Shown one piece after another: positions 9,157 to 17,584 of a DNA stretch of 64,000 nucleotides. Below the pieces are notes generated by a model, which worked only from the letters and a program-made list of their open reading frames with translations, made no database searches and had not been told where the DNA came from. Position 1 is the first letter of the stretch; each line of letters opens with the position of its first letter. The DNA lies in NCBI GenBank assembly GCA_913060495.1, contig CAJXRP010000012.1, forward strand, positions 4,092 to 68,091, in the 5' to 3' direction. Source of the DNA: an uncultured Gammaproteobacteria bacterium (GTDB taxonomy: Bacteria; Pseudomonadota; Gammaproteobacteria; Pseudomonadales; Pseudohongiellaceae). The position numbers were made by a program, and so were the translations under genes.

Positions 9157-11931
9157 TTAGAAGTCCATTCTTAGGCGAGCGTAGTAGAACGCTCCTTCAA
9201 TGCCCCAAGGAGTGGAACCATCGTATGCGTTTCCAGATCCAATTGTGCCATCGAAGTTATCAACATCATCTGCACCAGCTTCATCGAATACGTTGTTCGC
9301 ACCGATTACGAAAGTGTAGTTGTCGTTCCAAGTGTAGGCAGCTTCAACATCAAAGATGTTCTCGCCGTCATAGCAGTTATCAACGAATCCGGCACAAGTA
9401 ATATTGTAGCCAGTGCCGTTGACGCCGCGAGGAGTTGGATCGCCGTTGAAGTCCGAGCTAACCCAATCATCGTATGTACGCATACGACCTAGGAAGCGGA
9501 AGTCACCAACAAAATGGTTGTAAGTGAACACACCACGAGTCTCTGGGTTGAAGTTCTCAAGATCAACAACTCGGTTACGGCTAACTTCCGAACCCGCGTT
9601 GTCAACTTCAGTTTCAGTCCAGTTAATGGCTGCTACTAGAGTACCGTTACCCATGTCACCCCAATCCAGATCCCATGTACCAACAAGGTCGATACCAGTT
9701 GTAGTGGTTTCGAAATCGTTAGTGTAGAAGGATACTGAGCTCAGGTCAGAGGCGCCAGGTACACCTAGCTCCTGTAGACATAGTGCCAGGTTACCGGCAG
9801 GGTTAGCACGTGCGCCAGGACAGGCTTGGCCGTCTGGTACAGGTTGACCCTGAATATTGATAGTACCTGTTTGTGAGATACGGTCTTTCAACTCAATGCT
9901 AAAGAAATCGACACTGACGTTGATGTCCGGAGTCACATCCCAAACCATACCAGCTGAGAAGTTAGTTGCATCTTCAGCAGTCAATTGTTCAGCACCTAGG
10001 AACTGAGCGATTGGGTTTGATGGAGGAATCTGACCGCGTTGCTGCAACTCACCGTCAACTGTAATAGTTGAAAGCTTGGTCACGTTTTCTTGACCAGGAG
10101 TTGGAGCTCGGAAGCCCGTGTTGTATGAAGCACGTAGAGTCAATGCATCAGTTACGCGGTATCTACCAGCAATTTTGTAGTTGCTTGTATCACCAAAGCT
10201 CTCGAAGTCTTCGTAACGGAATGCAGCAGACGCTGTGAATGCATCAGTTAGATCGGCCTCAAGCTCGGTATAAACCGCGTAGTTTGAGCGACCCCAAAGA
10301 CCTGCTTGAGGTGGGCTGAAACCAGCAAAACCGTGAGCACCAATACTTAGGTTAGGCAGAGGTGTTGTGCCATCGCTGTAAGTATTTGAGCCGTTAACAT
10401 TTTGGAAAGCGTACTGACCGGCTTGCCAAGAAGCTTCTTCACCAATAATGGTTTCGAAACGCTCATCACGCCACTCACCACCGAATGCAATGCTTAGATC
10501 GGAAGCTAGTCCATCAACAGGCAGCGAGTAAACGAAGTCTGCGTTGAAGTTAGTTTCTGATTGAACATTGGAGCCGATGTCGAAGTCTCTCTGTAGTTCG
10601 CCATTTACGAAACCGTTTGGTCCGTTAGATGGGTTCCATGAGTTATTCAGGAAGAAAGACACCTTGTTACGGCCGTAGCTTGCGCTGAAATCGTAAGTGA
10701 AGTTGGAGTTGAACTCGCCTTTGATACCGGCAATGATGCTGGCATCCTGCAAAGCTCCACCAAATGCTGGTGTATAACCGCCAGGAACGACTTGATTCAT
10801 AACCCAGCAGTTACCAGGCAGTGAGCCTAGCGCTGCGAAGTCAGCAGCAACAGCTGCTTGATCGAGAAGTACGCCGTTTCCGCCTGAACCTGGGCTTGTG
10901 AGCGCAGGACAGTTAGAAGTTACACCAGTTTGGCCGGCTGCGATGTTTGTATCAACAATCGCACGAGTCGAGCCATTGGTGTACGTGCCGCTACGGCTGT
11001 TAGGGTTACGGAAGAAGAAGCCACCTTCAGTTTCGCGCTTACCGTAGTTACCAAACGCATACACTTCTTGTGTGTCTGAAAGTTGGATACCGGAATTAAA
11101 GAAAACGTTCCAGTTATCTTTGTATTCAGGGCCACCCCAAACTTGTGCGTAAGGCTGGGCAATGCTTGCTTGCTGAGCGGCATTACCACTAGCTAGCAAT
11201 GTTGTTGCATCAGTGCGTTGTAGAGAGCGGCTTGTTGCATCCTGCTCACTCCAAGAACCAGTGATGTTGATGAAGCCATCGTCACCAAGAGGTAGGCCGA
11301 TGTTGCCCATGTATTGTGTAAGATTGCCATCACCTTCGCCAAACTCACCAGTACGTGCTTCTAAAGTCATGCCATCTGCATCGTCTTTGAGGACGAAGTT
11401 GATAACACCCGCGATCGCGTCAGAGCCGTATTGTGCAGCGGCGCCATCACGAAGGATTTCAGTTTGCTTGAAAGCTAGTGCAGGAATGGCTGAGATGTCA
11501 GCACCCTGTGAACCAGCTGATAGTGAACCACCAAGTTCGGCGATTACACCAGAGCGGTGACGACGCTTGCCGTTCACCAGTACAAGGATGTTGTCGGGTG
11601 GCAGGCCGCGAAGATTCGCAGGTCTTACCAGAGTGGCAGCATCAGAGATTGAGTTACGGCTAATGTTGAAAGACGGTACAGATGTCTTCAGCATTTCGTT
11701 TAGATCCGCAAAACCCATGTTATTGAATTCATCACCACTGATCACATCAACTGGAACCGATGTATCTGATGCGCTACGTTGTGGACGTCGCGAACCGATT
11801 GTGACGATTTCTTCAACATCGCTGTTGGCTTGCTGTGCAAACACCATCGGCGTGTAAGCCGCTGGCGCTAGCAGTGCAAGCGCTATGGCTGTAGGGAGAA
11901 CCCTCTTAGCCATTGTTGGTCTTCGTGTCAT
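9157..11931 (-). CDS. TonB-dependent outer-membrane receptor
   Basis: 924 aa. Signal peptide ..ALALLAPAAYTPMVFAQQ, plug motifs (EEIVTIGSR, LRGLPPDNILVLVNGKR), a long beta-barrel region, and a C-terminal ..YYARLRMDF. Confidence 0.95.
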   Translation of the reverse strand: MTRRPTMAKRVLPTAIALALLAPAAYTPMVFAQQANSDVEEIVTIGSRRPQRSASDTSVPVDVISGDEFNNMGFADLNEMLKTSVPSFNISRNSISDAATLVRPANLRGLPPDNILVLVNGKRRHRSGVIAELGGSLSAGSQGADISAIPALAFKQTEILRDGAAAQYGSDAIAGVINFVLKDDADGMTLEARTGEFGEGDGNLTQYMGNIGLPLGDDGFINITGSWSEQDATSRSLQRTDATTLLASGNAAQQASIAQPYAQVWGGPEYKDNWNVFFNSGIQLSDTQEVYAFGNYGKRETEGGFFFRNPNSRSGTYTNGSTRAIVDTNIAAGQTGVTSNCPALTSPGSGGNGVLLDQAAVAADFAALGSLPGNCWVMNQVVPGGYTPAFGGALQDASIIAGIKGEFNSNFTYDFSASYGRNKVSFFLNNSWNPSNGPNGFVNGELQRDFDIGSNVQSETNFNADFVYSLPVDGLASDLSIAFGGEWRDERFETIIGEEASWQAGQYAFQNVNGSNTYSDGTTPLPNLSIGAHGFAGFSPPQAGLWGRSNYAVYTELEADLTDAFTASAAFRYEDFESFGDTSNYKIAGRYRVTDALTLRASYNTGFRAPTPGQENVTKLSTITVDGELQQRGQIPPSNPIAQFLGAEQLTAEDATNFSAGMVWDVTPDINVSVDFFSIELKDRISQTGTINIQGQPVPDGQACPGARANPAGNLALCLQELGVPGASDLSSVSFYTNDFETTTTGIDLVGTWDLDWGDMGNGTLVAAINWTETEVDNAGSEVSRNRVVDLENFNPETRGVFTYNHFVGDFRFLGRMRTYDDWVSSDFNGDPTPRGVNGTGYNITCAGFVDNCYDGENIFDVEAAYTWNDNYTFVIGANNVFDEAGADDVDNFDGTIGSGNAYDGSTPWGIEGAFYYARLRMDF

Positions 11932-12401
11932 TTACTTTCCCCTTATAGAAGTAAAGTTATTATGCCTTTCGAATAGGCTTAAAATGAACTTAGCGGTTAT
12001 GCGTCTATCCCTAGAATTGTCGAAACAACCCCATATAGGATACCCGCGATTAACTGCGTGGGTGAAGAATATGATTCTGAGGACAAAAAGTCCAATAAAC
12101 TCGCCACCTTAGCTTGCTTTTCTACCTATTAAAGATGTGCTGTGCACTCAATTGTGGCGTTTTGTGCTTTTATGAGCAAAAATTGCGCAAAAATGGTGCT
12201 AAATACGGCTAAAGTCAGAAAAATGACAAATTCTTCTCGTTTCATGCGCGCGAATTCAGTTTTGGCGTAATTGAGTGGATTCTGTTTAATAATTGGTGAA
12301 TTACGGCTTATTAATGCGAGAGGGCTAACTGTTATTTAGTATTGACCTGAACGGCAGCTAGGGAATAGCATGAGAACACTACATAAGTAGTCAATTTGAA
12401 A

Positions 12402-12434
12402 CCCTCACTCCAGTCGGAGTGGGGGTTTTTTGTT
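12402..12434 (+). terminator. orphan rho-independent terminator / attenuator in front of the hydrolase gene
   Basis: CCCTCACTCC-AGTC-GGAGTGGGGG (10-bp stem with one G.U pair) followed by TTTTTTGTTT. No annotated plus-strand gene lies upstream. It ends 29 nt before ATG 12463. Confidence 0.65.
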
Positions 12435-12462
12435 TGGGAAATCGCGAATTGAGGAACACGCC

Positions 12463-13251
12463 ATGACGGACGACTCCGGCACAGCAAATCCATTGTTTAG
12501 CAATCCGCTGGCCTATCAACTGCCCTATGCAGGTGAGGTCCGTGAGGGCATAAGTTATGCAGATGATTCGAGAGTCTTCGACATCTATTTGCCTGAGCAA
12601 CTCGATGGCCCGGCTCCTGTAGTTGTTCTTGTGACGGGTTATCCAGACCCAGGATTTGAAAAACGACTCGGCATGAAGCAGATGCAGATTCAGGCCTACA
12701 AGGATTGGGCGAAACTATTTGCCGCCAGTGGCATGGCAGCTGTTATTTACAGCAATGTTGATCCTGTAGAAGATCCTTTCACTTTGCTGAACTTTCTGCG
12801 CTCTGAGGCAGGGCAGTTGCAGATCGACCCTGCGCGTATCGCACTGTGGTCTTGTTCGGCTAATGTGCCTAACGCAATTCATGTTCTTCATAAAGATCCT
12901 GCGGTGCGGTGCGCGGCCTTGCTCTACGGATTTATGCTGGACGCGGCGGATTCCACGGTGCTGCAAGAAACGGCACAAACATTTGGCTTCGCGAACCCCC
13001 ACGAAGGAATGGAAAACTATCCAGAGAATACCCCCATCTTGGTCATTAGGGCTGGTAAGGATGAATTTCCCGGCCTGAATGAATCCATCGACATCTTCGA
13101 GAAGGAGGCTGTCGCCCGCAATAGCCCAGTGAGTGTCATTCGCTATCCGGAGGGGGTGCATGGCTTCGATATACTTGATGATTCACGGCGTTCGATAGAG
13201 ATGATTAAACTCTGCGTCGGCTTTCTGCGGCTACGACTAAACGTTTATTGA
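12463..13251 (+). CDS. alpha/beta hydrolase (dienelactone-hydrolase/esterase-like)
   Basis: ATG 12463 with GAGGAA SD; the ORF-track start at 12430 lies inside the terminator T-run. Has the strand motif VVVLVTGYPDPG, the nucleophile-elbow-like segment ALWSCSANV, and a C-terminal GVHGFD. Confidence 0.8.
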   Translation: MTDDSGTANPLFSNPLAYQLPYAGEVREGISYADDSRVFDIYLPEQLDGPAPVVVLVTGYPDPGFEKRLGMKQMQIQAYKDWAKLFAASGMAAVIYSNVDPVEDPFTLLNFLRSEAGQLQIDPARIALWSCSANVPNAIHVLHKDPAVRCAALLYGFMLDAADSTVLQETAQTFGFANPHEGMENYPENTPILVIRAGKDEFPGLNESIDIFEKEAVARNSPVSVIRYPEGVHGFDILDDSRRSIEMIKLCVGFLRLRLNVY

Positions 13252-13446
13252 TTAGATAGTTATCTCTAGTCGGCGACCTGCAGTTGTGGCTCGTCAGAGC
13301 GTGCACTAAGTGATATACCTGTTGGCGGATATTTGATTAAATACCGAACAGTTTTCTGAGGCACTCAATTTTTCCCGAGGTTCCAGTTTTAAAATGTAGG
13401 GCGCATTGGATTGGTAAAAACTGTCTCGTGAAATCGCTCTAGGTAG

Positions 13447-13460
13447 AAGAACTCAAAATA
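13447..13460 (+). repeat. copy of the 14-mer AAGAACTCAAAATA (also present at 19665-19693)
   Basis: Exact 14-nt identity with the tandem repeat unit upstream of 19714. It is located 15-28 nt upstream of ATG 13475, immediately 5' of the AGGAAA SD. Confidence 0.7.
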
Positions 13461-13474
13461 GGAAAATAATAATA

Positions 13475-15502
13475 ATGCAGTTCTGTCGTTCCACGAAGTT
13501 ATTGCTCGCCACCTTGATTCGTCTTCCTGCCTTACTTGTGATTTTTGTGTCGCTGTCGTCTATTAGTTTTGCGCAGGCGGGTCTGACCGAGGCGGATATT
13601 TCGCTGCTGAAGAAGGTTATGCCTGATGCTGTTAGCTTTTCCGAGAAGGCGGGTGATCCGCCAGTCTATCGAGCGTTTTCTACAGCACAGCAGGGCAGTG
13701 AGGGTGAGCTGATCGGTTATTTATTCGAGACGCAAGATTACCCCCCCGAAGAGATCGGCTACAGTGCACCCATAGAAGTATTAGTAGGAATGGATCTCGA
13801 GGGAATACTGTCGGGAATAGAGGTTCTTTATTACCGAGAATCTTATAAAAGCATACGCGGCGATTTTCTCAATACAGAACGTTTTCCCAATCAGTTTGAA
13901 GGCAAGTCAGTATCCGATGGATTCCGCCCTGGTCGCGATCTTGATGGTGTATCCCGCGCTACGATTACTAGTTGGGCTACATCGAGAGGGATTCGCAATG
14001 CGGCGCGTAAAGTAGCGCAGAATTATCTGACGGATTCGGAGTTTGTCGCCAACGCGAACAGCGGTGAAGTAGCGCTGGGTATATTGGAAGCGCAATCCTG
14101 GGAGGAGATGAAAGAGTCTGGGTTAGTCAAAGAATTTCCCATCCAGCTCGAGGACCTAACAGAACTAAATCTGAGTCTCGCGTTTATGGGAAACGAGGCT
14201 ATCGGCGAGCTCTTAGTTGGGCCTGATGATTATTCACGGGCGGAGCGAGAAGCGAGTAACAGGGTGCAAGATGGCAGCATGTTACTGGTGGGTATAGATG
14301 GCAATGCCTCGACACCCTTTCGTCAGGAACGCCTAGCGATCACACAGGGCGATGCTGTATATAATATCGAGCGCCGTCGCTTTGTGTATGTGGGTAGTGC
14401 CGATAACGGCAAGATTGCAGGCAAGGTAAGGTTTGCCGGTGCGATCGTCTTGTCCAGCGACATCGATCTTAGCCAACCTTTTACAGTTTTATATGATACC
14501 GGTGTGCAGGTTGAGTCCGTCGAAGAGCTCGCACAGACGGTTTATCAGATCCCACCTGTTCCTTTTTCCTTGGCTACTGGATCCCCTTTGCCGGCAGAAT
14601 ATATGCCGAAATCTGCGAGTCCGTTTCCTGAGTTTGATGATTTCGAGGAGGTAGACGAAGGTGTAGTTGCCACTTTGATCAATAGTGCGCCGCTAGCGGA
14701 AGTATTAGCACTACTTCTTCTCTTCGCGATGGTGATGACGGCCTTCTTACGTAAGAGTTCGACAATTCGCTGGGTAACGCTAGCCTATACATTGTTTTAT
14801 CTGGGGTTTTACAACGGCACTTTTCTCTCAGTTTCACATATCACCAACGGCATAAAGCTCGGGCCTTCTTTGTTCTTGAACGATTTGCCGTTATTGCTGA
14901 TTGTTGTCTTTACACTAGTTACTACATTGTTTTGGGGTAGAGTGTTTTGTTCCTCGCTATGTCCATTCGGGGCCTTGCAAGATTTTATTACTCGTATCAT
15001 GCCGAAGAAATGGCAGTGGAATGTTCCTCAAGCGATTCATGATAAGGCGCTCTATATTAAGTACGGAGTTCTTGCGCTGCTGGTGGTGACCTCGCTGACG
15101 TTTAGCGACCTAAGCCTGTTTCAATACTTTGAGCCGTTTGGCACGATTTTTTACATCAGTCGTTCTATGGTTCTCTGGGGCATACTAGCTGCGTTCCTAG
15201 TGGCATCGATGTTCATTAGTCGATTTTATTGTCGCTACGCCTGCCCGCTAGGTGCTGCCCTTGGGGTCACTTCCTTTCTCTCTCCCTTTCGAATTAAACG
15301 CGTTCCACAGTGTGAGGTGTGCAAGGTCTGTGAAAAGAGTTGTCCGACTGGCGCGATTCGTGGCCATGAGATCGACTTTAAAGAATGTGTGCGTTGTGAT
15401 ATTTGCGAGAGTAAGCTGATATCAAAGGCGGGAGTCTGCAAGCATACGGTTGAAGACGTGATAGCGCGCCACAAGACTTGGACGCCAGTCACCGTTACTT
15501 AG
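13475..15502 (+). CDS. NosR/NirI-family membrane protein (periplasmic FMN-binding domain + polyferredoxin-like CX3CP and 4Fe-4S motifs)
   Basis: Signal/anchor sequence. FMN_bind-type flavinylation motif DGVSRATITSWATSRGIRNAA. Multiple TM helices with CSSLCPFGALQD and CRYACPLGA. C-terminal CEVCKVCEKSCPTGAI plus CVRCDIC. Confidence 0.8.
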   Translation: MQFCRSTKLLLATLIRLPALLVIFVSLSSISFAQAGLTEADISLLKKVMPDAVSFSEKAGDPPVYRAFSTAQQGSEGELIGYLFETQDYPPEEIGYSAPIEVLVGMDLEGILSGIEVLYYRESYKSIRGDFLNTERFPNQFEGKSVSDGFRPGRDLDGVSRATITSWATSRGIRNAARKVAQNYLTDSEFVANANSGEVALGILEAQSWEEMKESGLVKEFPIQLEDLTELNLSLAFMGNEAIGELLVGPDDYSRAEREASNRVQDGSMLLVGIDGNASTPFRQERLAITQGDAVYNIERRRFVYVGSADNGKIAGKVRFAGAIVLSSDIDLSQPFTVLYDTGVQVESVEELAQTVYQIPPVPFSLATGSPLPAEYMPKSASPFPEFDDFEEVDEGVVATLINSAPLAEVLALLLLFAMVMTAFLRKSSTIRWVTLAYTLFYLGFYNGTFLSVSHITNGIKLGPSLFLNDLPLLLIVVFTLVTTLFWGRVFCSSLCPFGALQDFITRIMPKKWQWNVPQAIHDKALYIKYGVLALLVVTSLTFSDLSLFQYFEPFGTIFYISRSMVLWGILAAFLVASMFISRFYCRYACPLGAALGVTSFLSPFRIKRVPQCEVCKVCEKSCPTGAIRGHEIDFKECVRCDICESKLISKAGVCKHTVEDVIARHKTWTPVTVT

Positions 15503-15542
15503 ACTGAGGTAAAGAACGAGCTCACACAAAAGCTACAAGCAA

Positions 15543-15579
15543 AAAAAAAGACCCACCGTTATGCGCTAGGTCTTTTTTT
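15543..15579. terminator. possible bidirectional terminator between convergent genes
   Basis: AAAAAAAGACC ... GGTCTTTTTTT: 11-bp A/T-rich arms flanking a 15-nt loop. It lies between the 3' ends of 13475-15502 (+) and 15604-16992 (-). Confidence 0.45.
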
Positions 15580-15603
15580 CAACCGTTTTCAACTCTGTAT
15601 CGA

Positions 15604-16992
15604 TTAATCGCTGTCTTCGGTTAGCCAGTTGAAATCGTCTTCACTCTGATCAAGCAGGTTTGCGCGTTCTCTGCGAGTCTGCTCTTCTTTCTGAGCGGTT
15701 TCCAGAATGTCTGCAGGAATAGCGTCGCCTACTACAATGCCGCGTTTAGTGGTTGGCGCAAAGTAGATTCGGGCGTTTGCCATTTCATCGGTAGTCTCGG
15801 GTCCGTATTCAACGGCGGCCGTGGCATCGGGGTTCCAGCGATTCTGTGTAGAGTTATCGAACCACCAGCTCATGTGCATTACAGAACCGGCCGGCAGGAA
15901 TTTGGGTTCTTGATATTCGTATAAGAACTGCCAATTGAAATCGTAGTCAGGCACCCACAAGAGCGTTTCTCTTTCACCATCGGGATACTCAACCTCGTAG
16001 CGCATCGCCTTACCGCGATAGTGCATGTGTGGGCCCATGGAGAGGAGGTAAATGTCTTCTTCGATTTCGTGTGTGTTGGTTACTTTGTAGTTGGGATCGC
16101 CCGGTGGAATAGTCCAGCCACTGTGAGGAAGCAGGTTCGTTTCCACGACGTGATCGATTACGGTGCCATCTTCATAGAATACGAATCCGGCACGAGTCAT
16201 ATCGGTTACCGCCGTGCCTTCGCCTGGGTCCTTGTGGTAGTGCATGTTCACAGTGATGAACGGATCTTCCGGCATGAGTACGCCCCAGCCTTCGGGATAG
16301 GTAAACGGGCCGCGACCTGGAACGCCAACACCCATATGGCTGGAAACAATGTGATGAACCCAGGGTCCGCCTGGATCGAGCTCAGCCTTGGATACCCACT
16401 TGGGTTCGGTATGCGCGCCTTCAGGAACTGGCATCTGTACGGTAGGTTGCCAATCGAGCACATCATCTTCTACATAGACGGGTCGATCAAATTGAACGAC
16501 TAAATCTGGATCGCCAATCCACCATCCCGAGCTAGGTAAAACTGTGTCGCCTGCCTCGGCGATCAGCCCAGAGTTGTCAGCAGCATCGGAAGGCTTGCCT
16601 TCAAGTGCGCCGCCATCTACCCAGGCTACAAGTGTGGCCAGTTCGGCATCTTCAATATAACGTTCGTCTTTGAACTCGCCGCGATGGCGTTCGTGAGCGC
16701 CCCAGGGTGGCATGTAGCCAGTTATCAATGCGTTCTTGATCATCGGTGCCCAGAGTTTTGCCTGATCGTAGTCGAGCAGAGACATCGGCGCAGTTATGCC
16801 GCCAACTTTGGGGCCGTCTGGTTGGTGACAGGCGACGCAGTTCTTCTGGAATAGAGGAAGTGCATCGGCATAGAACGTGGGTGCCGAATCCTGTGCAGAA
16901 ACTATCCCGGATAATAGTAGTGAGCTGAATCCAGTAAGTAGGGCAGACGCAGGTAGTGCTTTCAAAGCTAGGGAGCGGGTTGTGAGTTTCAT
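15604..16992 (-). CDS. secreted cytochrome c domain fused to PHM/DBH-like type-II copper monooxygenase domain (paralog 1)
   Basis: Signal peptide. FYADALPLFQKNCVACHQPDG is a CxxCH in a PSCyt1-like context. Copper-ligand-like pattern: WVHHIV, MHYHKD, GPHMHYRGKAM, YDFNWQFLYEY, TTDEMANARIYF. Confidence 0.75.
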   Translation of the reverse strand: MKLTTRSLALKALPASALLTGFSSLLLSGIVSAQDSAPTFYADALPLFQKNCVACHQPDGPKVGGITAPMSLLDYDQAKLWAPMIKNALITGYMPPWGAHERHRGEFKDERYIEDAELATLVAWVDGGALEGKPSDAADNSGLIAEAGDTVLPSSGWWIGDPDLVVQFDRPVYVEDDVLDWQPTVQMPVPEGAHTEPKWVSKAELDPGGPWVHHIVSSHMGVGVPGRGPFTYPEGWGVLMPEDPFITVNMHYHKDPGEGTAVTDMTRAGFVFYEDGTVIDHVVETNLLPHSGWTIPPGDPNYKVTNTHEIEEDIYLLSMGPHMHYRGKAMRYEVEYPDGERETLLWVPDYDFNWQFLYEYQEPKFLPAGSVMHMSWWFDNSTQNRWNPDATAAVEYGPETTDEMANARIYFAPTTKRGIVVGDAIPADILETAQKEEQTRRERANLLDQSEDDFNWLTEDSD

Positions 16993-17091
16993 GACGAGCT
17001 CTTCTTATTAATTTGTTTCACAGAGACTAATCCCAAAATTTAACAATGTCTAACAAATACAGACTCAGGCGCGCCGTGTGGGTGTAAAAAC

Positions 17092-17108
17092 AATCGGTAA
17101 TACCGATT
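17092..17108. promoter_or_regulatory. perfect 8-1-8 palindrome, candidate operator
   Basis: AATCGGTA-A-TACCGATT. It lies 100-116 nt upstream of the start codon (16992) of the cytochrome c::PHM-like gene. Confidence 0.3.
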
Positions 17109-17584
17109 AACATCATCGATATTACTCATTTTACCTATGAGTTGAGCATAGATAAGATTGGGCCATTGTTAAGTAGACCTTAGTTTGGCCCTCAGTAGTA
17201 GGTTTTTGGCCGTAGTCGTTTGTTTGCAATTTTCATAGGTACTGTCTGCAGTACCATTATGTGCGGTGGTGTGGCGCGCACTGGATCCTTTAATTTAGGT
17301 GAAAGGCAGCGAGCACCACCGTTTTTTTTTGAGCGTTAAGTGGTGGTCTATCGAGCTCGAGCTGAAGCGACGTAAAGCTTAGTGCTCTTATCGGGTCCAA
17401 GGATCATCCATGGCGGCTAAAAATTCAGGGTGGCCGGCAAGAATGCGTGCTGTGTCTTCTGGCTCCGGTGTAGTCGTCCAATCATTTTGCTTGAAGGTGC
17501 CTCCCAATAAAAAGTGCCAGATCAAGTAGCTTGATCTAGCGCTTTTCGTAATTGCCTGTGCGGTTGCCCGCAAAACCTTCGTAT

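Noticed and set aside
9524-11857. Several 60-115-aa ORFs on the plus strand inside the TonB-dependent receptor gene (for example 11213-11560 and 11567-11857). Similar antisense ORFs sit inside most large genes in the track.
   Set aside because: They are shadow frames of clearly homologous genes on the opposite strand. They have Ser/Arg/Pro-rich compositions, no SD sequences and no recognisable motifs.
12067-12077. GAATATGATTC (AT-rich partial inverted repeat) upstream of the TonB receptor gene, considered as a possible Fur box.
   Set aside because: It is only a 4-3-4 repeat and matches the 19-bp Fur consensus poorly. I cannot support iron regulation from this alone.
11885-12112. 75-aa plus-strand ORF overlapping the start of the TonB receptor gene and its promoter region.
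   Set aside because: It overlaps a well-supported gene start, has no SD, and has an implausible composition.
12135-12212. 25-codon Cys-rich mini-ORF (MCCALNCGVLCFYEQKLRKNGAKYG) ending in Gly. It is tempting as a glycine-extended precursor for an amidating enzyme.
   Set aside because: It has no Shine-Dalgarno and lies 30 kb from the PHM/PAL-like genes. Short ORFs of this size arise by chance. There is nothing to support it beyond the C-terminal Gly.
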